Origin: the human T2T-CHM13v2.0 reference genome, Homo sapiens
DNA: 64,000 bases
Reading direction: 5' to 3' (one strand)
Assembly: GCF_009914755.1 (NCBI RefSeq)
Contig: NC_060931.1
This document shows positions 12,320 to 24,320 of this stretch, piece by piece. Below the pieces are notes generated by a model. It was not told the origin of the DNA and searched no databases. It worked only from the letters and a program-made list of their open reading frames with translations. How positions within the stretch are numbered: the stretch's first letter is position 1; the number at the start of each line of letters is the position of its first letter. Position numbers and translations under genes: made by a program.

Positions 12320-12576
12320 AAAAAGAAGGAAAGAAGAAAAACAGGAGGAACACACAATCTCCAAATACATATTTCTATTGTAATAGTATAGTGTGAGTAA
12401 ATATTGTGTGCTTTATTCAATTTTCCTAAATGCATAAAATAAAAATATATTACTTCTATAATAAAAAAGATTACATTTACCTTAAAATGGTTTTGTCAAA
12501 TTTAAGATTTAGCTAAGATTTGAGAAGTGGAAAGTATATATTTTTTTAAAACATTGACATCTCATAGTTTCAGGAA
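12320..12576 (+). repeat. Copy B of the diverged local direct duplication
   Basis: Shares tcaattttcctaaat..ataaaataaa.atat.ttacttc.ataat and cttaaaat...gtcaaattt..agattt..taagatttgagaa...aaagtatat with 10200-10472. Confidence 0.9.
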
Positions 12577-13929
12577 GGGGAGTATCATGTTCGTTGTGAA
12601 CTAACAGACAGGCAGAGGTCCTGGTTAATTAGTGCATAATCCTAGACACCCCCAAACACGGAGGCACATTACAAAACACAAAACAAAGCAGGGAGGCCCT
12701 ACCCAGGCCTTACTGCTCCTGGAAGGTCCTTGTATTGGCTGCAGGCACCTGCTTTGACCTGGAGGGGGAAGGGTGCAGCATAGTTGACGCCTCACTGGAC
12801 AGATCTTCCAGAGCTATGTCGGTGCTGGGCTCCCAGCACACCTCAGCCTTCTCTTTCCTTCACCCTGCACAGCCCCAGCAGGACAAATGGAGCCAGGCAC
12901 AGGGAGAGCTTTTGCGCAAGCCCCTGAGCTCTGGCCAGGCAGCAAAGGCCAACCAAGCCTCTGACCTCCCTCATCGCCTCCAGTTGCAGTCTCTTTCCTT
13001 TTGTATTCCTTTGGCTTCAAGGATCTTTGATGATTCTCTCTGTAAGTTTCTCTTCTTTATTCCAAATTGGTTTCCTGTCATTTTTACAAGAAGGAATTTA
13101 TTGGTGCTTTAAAAAAAATGTAAAAATGTCTTTGTGCCTAAATCTTTCCATAACAGCCTTTTCTACAACGTTGGCTCTCTATCCTGTGTTTTTTCCTTTC
13201 TTTGCTGCATTCTGTGCCTCTGGGCCCAACTAACTAGAAGCAGATGTGATCAAGGCTGGAGTGGGGATGGGGTGGGGACAGCCCAGCCTTGGGCAGCTGA
13301 GGGCTGTGCCCCTTGCTAAGGTCCATCACTCACCTAGCCATGACCAAGACTCTTTCCCTTGGCAGCTCATTCTCCTGCCCTCTCTGAATAACACACACCA
13401 CACACAGAGCCACCACTTACCCAAATAGCCTCATGCACCCTTTTCACAGTGTTCAGCTACTGAGGATGCAGATGGTTTCCAGAGGCTGGAGGGAAGTGCA
13501 TACTCAAGATCCAAGTCTAAGTCTGCAGACATCACCCCTAAACCAGCCTCACAGGTGCATTCTCTGCAGGGCAAAGTGCCAGTCGCATTTCGGAGCCAGG
13601 GCTGCCCTTCTTCATCCTAGGGAAGGTCATCTGCTCCTTGCCAGTGCTAAACAAGAGGCCTCCTTCTGGGTTTCGGCAGGTGATGGTTCCATCACTATGC
13701 CAGGGCAAGGAGGAGGGGTTGGGAGAGAAGTGTAGGGGAAAAGGGTTTGGGGGGTTGGGGGATAAGGTAATGCCAGCGGGCAATGCTTGGTCTCACCTTC
13801 TGCTACTTCAGGCAGACCCATCAATGTAAAAGAGGGAGCTATGGGGACGCAGAACTGGGACTCCCCAGTTCTGGAGTCAGAGCCACACAGCCGTCACACA
13901 CTCATACTTAAACTGAGACCTCTGTAAAG

Positions 13930-14212
13930 AAATGCATAAGGTAGGCTCAACATTTGTTTCACAATCATAGGGGAAATAGGGGCGAGTGGAAAATGGCAGT
14001 GTGCTGCACTGTACATACCATGATCTGTGTCATGGAAAAGGCGTACCCACAAAATATTCATGAAAGGGAAACGAATGAATAAAGCAGAGTTTTCTCTGTT
14101 TAGTGAAATTAGAGGTGGTAGTTATGTTTCTTTTCACAAATTTCTGCTTCTGATTTTTCTACCATGAGTATTCTTACTTTATCAACAGAAAAAGTCAGTA
14201 AGCTATTTGTTC
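13930..14212 (+). mobile_element. L1ME-like 3' UTR fragment
   Basis: gtgaaattagaggtggtagttatgtttctttt...tttttctaccatgagtattcttactttatcaacagaaaaa resembles old L1ME 3' ends. Confidence 0.5.
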
Positions 14213-14226
14213 AAAAATGTGCTCAA

Positions 14227-14547
<321 letters not shown>

Positions 14548-16029
14548 TCACAATTATGGATAAGACAGGTATGTTTGTATGCATGCATAAACATACATAT
14601 GTATACCACACATATAGATTTATGAATGAATGAAAATGTATATGCTCATGTGTGTCTATAACTGTATATATTAACTTCAAAGACCCATCAATACAGAGAA
14701 TTGACCTACTGGTAAATGCACAGAAATATATCACACCCAGCAGGTCAACAACAAATAAGACAAAGAGATACCCATTTTCTGTGACATGGTTTGTCTTCAT
14801 TTTCTGAGTTTAAGTAACTGTTACAAAATAATCTGTTTGCTCTTTGTGAAGATGGCCATCTTGACAGAATAAAATGGGACAGGTCCTGCCTGGAGCAGAA
14901 GCTGTGTGCCACCTTGGTGACAGTGATCTTAATTGATATTTGTGCCCAGGGGCGGCTCCTCTCTCCTCCTCCTCCTCCCAGCTAAGAAACTGCACTTCAC
15001 ACAATAGAACAGTGTAGGGTAGGATGCTTTGTCTTGGGGCAGTGTGGGCCAAGTGCCGGGCACTGAATTCTGGGGCCACGTGATTTCCTGTGTGCCCTGC
15101 TGACATGACTGCCCCACCAGCCTGTCCTGCTGTCCCTTCTAACAGGTGCCCCTCCGAGGACCCTCCTAGGAGGAAGAGCTTTTGGACTGCCTCCAAGGTC
15201 TCAGGCACTCACCCTCCACATCTGAAAGTTATCAGAACTGGCATCTCACGAATCCTCCCTGCACTCTTCCTGCTCTGCGCAGGGCAGGGCAGAGCCTATA
15301 AGAAATAAAGTACTTTGTTACGTATAATTTAATCCTCAAAGGTATAGAAGGTTGGGCCCCAGATGAAGAAAAGTTAGATGGAAGCAGTAGCTGAGTCAGA
15401 TGGCTGAATATCTGCTCTGGAATTTCTACATCCATTTGGAGTTCTCATAATTTGATCCCCCCATTAGCACTACCTGTGGGGGAATGGCACTCTTTTTTAA
15501 ACTGCATGTTGGACAATTCCTGTAAGTATTTCCTCTAGAGAACTTTGCTTTTTTCTGGTTAATCCTTGTAGGATGATGTAGGTCGGTGTATGTGCATGCA
15601 TGGTTAAGAAAAAAGAATCATTCCTTCGAATAACCAATTGACAGAATAGAGGATTACAGTTGGTGCTTGGTGAGATCTGGGGGACTTTAGCACGTCTGTC
15701 TGTCCAATCATTCATTTATTCTTTCAAAACATAGGATCCAAAGACTGGTTAGAATGAGATGCGTACTGGGCCTGAAAGTTATAGTCAAAAGTTATATTTA
15801 CCTTCCGCTCTACAAAGTACTTTAGCCCTTTGTTACTGACATAATAATTCAATATAAATGTTTCCATGTAAAAAATAAGTATTACATTCACTAGTCAAAA
15901 TTTAAAAGAAATCTGAGCAAACCCTATGAAAAGTCTTCTTCTTAGCCAAGACTCCTTGAGTTGTATCTAATTCTAACTTACAGCAAAGGAGGGAATCCAT
16001 TGTTTCCCATAACATAAAATAAACAAGAG

Positions 16030-16063
16030 TCAAGTTTTCCTGGCATCAGAAGTAACATCAAAA

Positions 16064-16096
<33 letters not shown>

Positions 16097-16510
16097 CACC
16101 TTCTCTCTCTCTCTGTTTATTCCTTACACTGAAAAGATAGTGCAGGCAGCTAAAAATTCATATCCTTCCAGCTATTGTTCCAAATTGAAGAGTACACACA
16201 GTCTCTCTCAGTATCCATACAGCAAATCTTGAGAAAGACAGTGATTGGCCCCACATAAGTGGTGGCTCTTTCAAAGCTAATCACCCTGGCTTGGGGACAG
16301 AGGACTTGGACTGGCCTGCTAGGATTGCATACCCTCTTATGCATCTCAGGCCACGTAAGGTACTTGGGGTAGGATGGCTTCTCTGGGACTTGTAGTTACA
16401 GGAGGATCCCACGGCATAGGGAAAGCATGGTTCCTCAAAGGAAAAGTAAGGTGTACTTATCTGAAGAAGGGGAAAAAAACACCAGACAGAAAAATAACTT
16501 CTCAATGCAT
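16030..16510 (-). mobile_element. MLT1K-like LTR with an internal (TC)12 run (16064-16087)
   Basis: cagcaaatcttgagaaagacagtgattggcccc; atggttcctcaaaggaaaagtaagg. Confidence 0.6.
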
Positions 16511-17189
16511 CATTGTAAAATGTACCTGAAAAGGAATTGATCCTGTTGAAAATAATTTCCGAAAACTAAAGATGAAAGTGGAAAAAAAGCTGAGATTTTT
16601 AATACTGTTGGATCAAATATTATGAAGAACATAAGGTGGCTCAAGAGATTTTGCTCCAGAAAACCCGCCTTCATGGTGAAAATCTAGGAACATTGGTATC
16701 ATCTCGGTTAAAATGTTTGTTTTCATAAAAAGAGCCCAAACAGCCTTGGGATCAAAACAACTTTTCCTGGAACTGAGACATGTTTTATTCTCCTAAAGAA
16801 GTCCAAATTTAATTACGATTGGATAAACAGCATCTGGACATTCCTGATCTTATATTTTGACATGATTTAGCCTCAAAGGCAACGGTATTTTCTTAGGAGA
16901 TGATCCTGCCTTTCCTTCTGACGGGTTTTATCCTCAGGTGGGGGAGGGGAGACACGGCTGGAATCTGTCACGGCCCAGCACCACTGTGCAGCCTCTTTCT
17001 GTGGGGCCTCTGCACGGGAGGCCAGAGGGGAACCCAGCACTTTGCAAAAGTATCCAAAAGGCTCTTCAAGAACCCTGAAGGGGGATGCCAACCAAATCTT
17101 AGCTGTCCTGTTTTACACAGTTTTATGACTTCTAATCTACTTCTATCAGTTATTCTGTTTTATGGCTGCAAATGATAAGATAAATTGGG

Positions 17190-17196
<7 letters not shown>

Positions 17197-17242
<46 letters not shown>

Positions 17243-17255
17243 TGTGTATGTGTGT
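17197..17255. repeat. Compound microsatellite (TC)14(TG)~15
   Basis: Direct reading; one TA interruption in the TG part. Confidence 0.95.
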
Positions 17256-17534
17256 CAGTGTCACAGTTTAGAGGACTCATGACTTGTCTGTAAACCAAAA
17301 CTGATCATTCCACAAACCCATGCCCTTTCTGACCTTGTGTAACCTCATCCAGTAACAACTAATGCAGAGAGAATATTGAACTCCAGAGCATATCTCTGAG
17401 GGCAAGAGACCAACCTGATGCCAGTTTCGAATTGGCTTTAGTAAAGCTGTCTCCCTCAGAGATCTGATCATGCCTCTTTTATAAGGCCAGTCTCCTGGGT
17501 CCTGTGGGAGCAATTTCCCCTTATGTCTAAGCCC

Positions 17535-17651
17535 CTCACCTATGTGACATAGACGCATCACTTCACCTCTCTGGACTCATCTATAAAATGAGCAGATTGG
17601 ATCAGGTTATTACTGTGGCCCTTCTAGTCCTAACATCCTACGATGCTATGA
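17535..17651 (+). mobile_element. MIR3 fragment
   Basis: tcacttcacctctctggactcatctataaaatgagcagattgg...cccttctagtcctaacatcctacgatgctatga. Confidence 0.7.
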
Positions 17652-19680
17652 CACCCTAATGCTGTATCCCGCCACCGTGATCTACAGTAGTTTTCTACAA
17701 CCATAACTCTTTCTAGTGTCTCTCAGATAAAGGCCAGGTCCTAACCTCAAACCTGCATGGTATGTCTGCAATAGCAGGAACAGATGGGAGACAGGCACCA
17801 GCAATGTCCAGAGGAAAATGGGTAAGGTTAAATCAGTAGCATCCTTAATAACGTGGCCGTTCCTTTCTCCTTCTCCCCTCTGGGATTAAAGCTTGTGTGC
17901 TGACTGTTGAAAAATCAGTCATTAACAGCTAGGAAATGACTTCCCCATCCATCAGAACACTGCTCAGCCATGTTTCAGCTTTTCCCCCTTTCTCTGTGTA
18001 ATTATTCTCATCCACCACTGATTACAGTTTATAATAGCCATAATTCTCTCCAAATCAATCATTACTTTACTTTACCACGGGGTTACCAGCAGAAACATGA
18101 GGGAATGCAGATACCCCCGGCTGGGCTTTATGTTTTGGAATTTGCAGGCTTTCGTCTGGATCTCATTTAATCATCTGGATGTTCAAAGAAAAGCAACGAT
18201 TTTAATTCAAAGGCATTTTTTCTACTCACTCTTAATTCTTCCCCTCGTATTTTTTAAATGGAAATGATGGCTGGTTAAATGAGGCTAACACTGTGTGAAA
18301 CCTGCTAGTGTTGTCACTTGGAAAGATTGGTAGGAGACATCACAGGATTCTCGTCATGAATCGATAAACTTCTTTGACACTTTACCTACCTAAATATTGT
18401 GTAGACTTCTCAGCCTGGGAGATTTCCTGGGAAGTTCAATAATAGCTTTTTCTTTCCATGGACTGATTAGAACAAAAATTCCTACCATGGAGACAGTTTT
18501 TCTTGTACATTCTGTAGAGGTATGACAATCAGTCATTTACACTCTAGTTAGAATTTAAGGCAACCCAGTTTTATCCTATATTTAACAGACTTACTATGTA
18601 CCATATACCGTGCCAGTGTTTGGGCAGGTTTCAAAAAACTAATTTGATCTATTCCTTGTATCCACATGGTTGCTGGAGGTAGTAGGAAGAAAAACGTGTA
18701 AATAACCATTTTGGCATTCATCATAGGCATCTTGGCTTATGGGGGTACACAGTACAGTAGGAGAATAAGAAGGGGAGGTATTTACATTCTAGGGATCTTA
18801 GAGTTCCTAGACAAAATGTAATTAGAACTGAACCCTGGAGGAGGGGGCGTAACTTGAGCAAGTTGTCATTCCAGGAGGGGGCAGCAGAAATTAATCACAA
18901 AGTCTTGTGGAGGAAGAGAGGATGAGGGAGATCAAGGCCAGTGGGAAGTGTCTGGAATAGTGAAATGCCCCGAGATGATGGGATGATATGAAGACCAGCA
19001 ATCTGAAGGCTAGTGGCTGACTGCAGCATCAGGAAAACCTTTGGAGAACCACAGGGGCCCTTCCCAGGGAGCTCCAGAAACGTTTACTGAGGCAACCCTG
19101 GCAAATACAAGAGGATGAGACAAAACAGCAGGTCATTCAAGATGCATTATTAGAAACATCAGCTCATTCCTAGTGAAGTTTGGGACTTATAATGATGAAA
19201 TTAGTAATTTTACAGTATTAGACTCCCCACCTACCCTCCAAAATGTGGTCTTTTCAAAGCCCCCAAAAAACTGGTTAAAGTTAACACTCTAACATAAGAA
19301 TTTGTATAAGAAAATAAACATAACGTTTTGGAAGTACTGAATCAGCAGTGGTGGTGAGTGCTCTCAGACCTATTACACAAAGGCAGGGTTTGTATCCACG
19401 GTGGGAATGATGGCAGCTTATTCGATTTTGCATCCATCCTTATTAGGATATGCTTGGTTTACTAGGGAACCTTTAACTTTCATAAATCTCCTCACATCTT
19501 CATTAGCCACGTTAGCCCCATATGAGACATGAAATAATTTATGTAGCAAAAGCCCAGGGGTCTCCAGTCCAGGGGGAAATGTTCCAGGTAACTGCTAATC
19601 TGGAAGTGATTTTCTTTCTCAAACAGACTGGGTGGTCTATATCAGTGGTTTCCAGTTTTTTGCTTTTTGTTTTTTTTTAA

Positions 19681-19997
<317 letters not shown>

Positions 19998-20760
19998 AGA
20001 TTTTTTTAAAAAAATTGTAATTGGATGGTGGTTGGTGATGGCGAGGGGAGTAACATGAGTTTGCCTACATTTTATTTTGCCAAGCCAGGGCATTAAAAAT
20101 AACCACTACTATCTACTCTCTCCATTGTTTTACACCAAAAAAGCATAACTTTATACCAAAAATATAAGCAAGCCACAATCTCAGCATAAAGGATAAAGGA
20201 TAGTCCTTTCCATTAAAAGCTTTATTGAACAAAATCTCGCTTCATTGTCCTTACTTTTCTTATTTTGCAACAGAATGCTCAAAGACATGTTCTTGAAGGG
20301 CTTGGGTCCCCTGAGAAGTTCTGGTCTGGGCGAGCCCTCCCTCCGGCTGCTAGAAGGTAGCCCAGAGAGACACAATCCTGGGGCCACTTCTCTGGACACA
20401 CATTGGAAGAAATGGAAAGAACAGTCTCATCTTCCAGCACTGCCCAAATTGATCGGGAAGCAAATTATGACTATTCATCTTGACTCATGTTCAAAGTGTG
20501 ACATTCAAAAACAGCAGGAGACAGAGGCTAAGAAGTTTGTCTTTCAATTAATATATAGGCCCTGTTATGGAGAGATGCCCAGCCTGTTAGGCTTTTTTGT
20601 GAAAGAGCAGCCATGTGGCATAGAGACGAGCCAACTCCACAGAATTAGGACAAAAAGTGCTAAATGTTTGGAACAGGACCTGGCCAGAAACGTCCTCTTG
20701 GCTAAGGTTTTCATTCATCCCCAGAGTGGGGGCAGAAAGAAGGAAAGGATTTGTGGCTAA

Positions 20761-20983
20761 TAGTGATTATTGCTGAATACCTACAACATTCATGCTAAGA
20801 CCTTCACCTACACCATTTCATTTAACCCACAAGGCAAGTTTATGACATAGGTATTCAAGGCAACTTTGTAGTGAAAAAAAAAAAAAGGCTAAGAAAGGGT
20901 AAGTTTTTTGCCCAAGATCACAGAGAGGTGGGAACAGAACTCTTGTCTGTCTGACCTCAAAGTCTGCCTTGACCACTGCACCA
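20761..20983 (-). mobile_element. MIR
   Basis: tttcatttaacccacaa; aaggctaagaaagggtaagttttttgcccaagatcacag; tctgacctcaaagtc...accactgcacca. Confidence 0.8.
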
Positions 20984-21855
20984 AGAAGCTCCTGTGGGAT
21001 CTGTGGTTTGTTTTGCATCATCGCCTACCTATCCACGTGCACGGTCTGTAGTTATTTATTTAGGAAACTGTTTATACTGTTTTCCAGCACGGGCCTTTTC
21101 TGAATCTCAATGAATCCTTTGTTATTTTTATGAAGTTCTGTGTTGAGAGGCAGACTTAGCTATTGTTAGGGGCCAGCCAAAGGAACACTGGTACAGACAA
21201 GGGTCCGGCATCAAGAACGCTGGCCAGGTAAGCATCGGTCCTCATAGGACGGACCGCACTGGATCTCTCCACATCTGAGCAGACTGGCCTCGCCTTCAGG
21301 ACCGGATACCTCATGATTTCCAGGGTTTTGAGAAAGCGTCTGCAGTCCTGCAGGCGATGGCCACTGGCTGCTGTGACTACAGGGCTGGATGCAAATTCCC
21401 AGAAACAGGAATCACCTTCTTTCCTCTAGGGCTTCCCTGCATCTCTGGCCCCAAATATTTCATAGCAGCCAGCACCAAGAAGAAATCCTGGGAGAGAGGA
21501 AGGCTTGCATGTTAATCCAGTGGTGATGTAATGAGAATTTCATTATCTACTCTGAATTCCCTCGTGTCCCCCATCCTCCTCTTGACTCATTAGCTCTCAG
21601 TATCTTGCTCCCTGCTGAATCTCAAGAGAATGCAATGAATGTCTCCCCCTTCCTCCAATAGACTGGCCATGGCCCTCTGCCTCCCTGCACTGACCCCAGG
21701 CCCACCCTGTGCCTTCCCTCCTGGCCCTCACAGAGGTCTTTATCCAGGCCCAGAAGTGCGCATCCTCCTTCTCCAGAGAGAATGGCATCCTTAGGGTGAG
21801 GTTCACTCTCAGGTCTGGAGTCCTTATCGGCTCTGCTGCTTCCATTCTGTGGGGT

Positions 21856-21903
21856 ATGTGTGTGCGTGTGTGTATGTGTGCGTGTGTGTGTGTGTATGTG
21901 TGC
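21856..21903. repeat. Imperfect (TG/CG/TA) alternating purine-pyrimidine tract
   Basis: tatgtgtgtgcgtgtgtgtatgtgtgcgtgtgtgtgtgtgtatgtgtgc. Confidence 0.85.
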
Positions 21904-22411
21904 TCCTGTAGTTCTGGCCACCCCCCAACACCACAGATATGTATTTCAGAGAGGGCTGTTCGGGTCAAAATATGACAAAATGCTTTTCAGTCTTCTGAGT
22001 CTAAAATTCCAGATAAAGATTTAGAACTATAGGAGATGATGCAGGGATGGAGAGTGGGGTTGTGGTTTGGGGAGAAAGTATAAACTAGAATTTTAAATCC
22101 ATTGCACAGAGGTTACACTCAAAAGATGACAGTTTCATTCTTGACTTAAACAAGGAAATATGTTTTCATATTTTAAAAAATCTGATTTTATTCTGCTGAA
22201 CACTTCTGTCAGAGGGTTCTTGGAACTACCTGTCCAGGTGTTTGTGTGTGTGTTTGTGCATGTGTGTTTGTGTGCATGTGAGCATGTTAACTGGTCCCAT
22301 AAACTAAGATGTGGAGAGGAAGGCAGGCTCCTCTCTGCGCTGTGGACCTGCTCCAGCTGTGCTCTCAAGGTGGCTGCTACCCTGAACACGCTGTTCAGTC
22401 TTTCAGAGGGG

Positions 22412-22560
22412 CAGGATCGACTTCACACTGGGCTCCATACATATAAAGGCTCTGCACTTAATGTTTTGCTATTGCCGTCTTGAGATTCATAGTAATCCGC
22501 ATACAGGGGTTCTGCATTTTCATTTTGCACTGGGCCCCACAAATTATACAGCCAATCCTG
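22412..22560 (+). mobile_element. MER91A-like hAT-Tip100 MITE
   Basis: gccgtcttgagattc...gcattttcattttgcactgggccccacaaattatacagccaatcctg; imperfect TIRs caggatcgact / agccaatcctg. Confidence 0.75.
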
Positions 22561-22611
22561 TTGAGAAGAATATCATAGATAGAGCAATAGATAAAAAAAA
22601 AAATACAAATT

Positions 22612-22892
22612 TTTGTTGTATGTTTTGGGTTCACTTTACCTCTCTGAGCCTCAGCTGGGCTAGAATTTGGTGGCTCGCAGCCCTGACTGTACCTTCAAAT
22701 CACCTGCAGGTCTTTGGAGAAATATCAACGTACCAGAACGAAGCCCAGTTTCATTTGGAAAGAATCCCAGTTTCAATATTGTTTTGGAGTTTTGTTTGAA
22801 ATTCTTCAGGTGATTCTGATGCATGATCAGGTCTCAGTGTGCAGGCCTAGATGATTTCTAAGACCCCTTTAAGCTCTGTCTTCTGTAATCAT
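22612..22892 (+). mobile_element. MIR3 interrupted by a MER5-like hAT MITE (~22667-22842)
   Basis: cactttacctctctgagcctcag | aaatcacctgcaggtcttt...tcttcaggtgattctgatgca | ctagatgatttctaagacccctttaagctct. Confidence 0.6.
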
Positions 22893-24185
22893 GCATTCAT
22901 TTCCCTCGGTGCTTGTTCAAGTTCTCATGACTGCTGCATTCAATTCCATAATATAGTCATGCTTGTTTTAATTTAAGACTCACATTTTAGGTTTGTTATT
23001 GCCTAGTAAAATTGACACTTCAGGAAGATGTTTCATGTTTATTTGTATGTAACTCATGACTTTGTACTCTTAAATGTGTGTGCAGCCCACATTAAGATTG
23101 GACTAATGATGATCTTTAAGGACCCTAATTTCTTCAATATTCCTTGCATTTGTGATCTATGACCCAAAGATCTTTCCACAGACATCCATGTTCGTGTGAG
23201 AAATTAATTCCTTGGATGTGTATATGCTGTCGTGCTAACATCAATCCTGGGCCTTTGAGAAAATTTAATGTTTATACCAGAAAGGACAAAATAGGGAGTG
23301 ATTGACTTCGTTCCAAAGCAGAAATTCAAATTCTCAGTTGCCCCAATAAGTTAAAAAAAGTCCCACCCTTAGTTGGTTTGGAAAACACCAATACTGTTGA
23401 ACAGCTGATACCAAGCCCTACGCTGGGATTACTGTAGACAAAAACTTGGCATGGGAAAATTTGCCTTCCATGTTCTTGGTTCTTTCAGAGATCCCCCAAA
23501 TGCCCAATGTGCTCAAATTGTATTATGCCCCCCTAGCCAGGCCTACCCTCCAAAGAGTGAGTACCCTATATGCCCCAAACCCTTCCTTCTTTCTCATAGC
23601 TGTCCCTGGAATAGGATTTTATAAGCTAGTTCTCACTAAAGTGTTAATTATTGATACAGTGAACTTTGTTATTTCTAAGTGTGTTATATTACATTTACTT
23701 AATCAAAAAGAATATGACTTTAAGATGGAATTTCAGGCATGTGTGGAAAGTAAGGTAGGAGTATATTTAGAACCAGAGCAGGCTTCCAGGGTCCCCTCAA
23801 ATAACATGGCCCCCTCTGGCAACTAGCCATGTTTGTCATTTAAGCAACACAGAATGCTATGGGCAAACAAGTCTTTGTGAAACATGTGAAAGCATGTATT
23901 AAAAAGCTCAACCAACCAAATAAACAAAAGAATCCAAGGATGTCATTGGAATTCCTATTCACATTGCTCAATGCTGTAAACGTGAAGGTGCTTCAGTAAA
24001 ACCTGGCAGATAAACAAGAGGTTAAACATGAATGCTGTGAAAAAGAGGAAAGGAAAAAAAAAGCGAATTGCAATTGAAAGAGAACTAAGCATAAAGGGTA
24101 GGCCTCTGGTGTCCCAGAAATATCTTGGGTCCGAGAAATAAGCTAAGAGAGACCTGTGAAAGATTTAATGAGAGAAATGAACCAA

Positions 24186-24320
24186 GGCGCCCCGTGGAGA
24201 GAGAGTGGGTGTTAAAATGCAGCCCGCCCCCCGCCACAGAATCTGGACCCCGGTACACAGCTATGTCCACGCAGAGAGGGGCTCCTTTTCCTAATGTGTC
24301 CCTTCAGAGGAAATGTCATA
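24186..24320. promoter_or_regulatory. Small CpG-retaining GC-box patch (candidate promoter/enhancer)
   Basis: gcccgccccccgcc (24222-24235), six CpGs in ~90 bp, GAGGAAAT at 24307. Confidence 0.3.

Noticed and set aside
20245-20760. Longest ORF (171 aa)
   Set aside because: Starts at TTG, no recognisable domain or exon structure, ends at a MIR; a length expected by chance in 64 kb
23808-23823. Extra CTCF-like motif gccccctctggc (also ggcactaggtgcc at 62998)
   Set aside because: Do not fit the core spacing or lack the terminal GGC; much weaker than 33485
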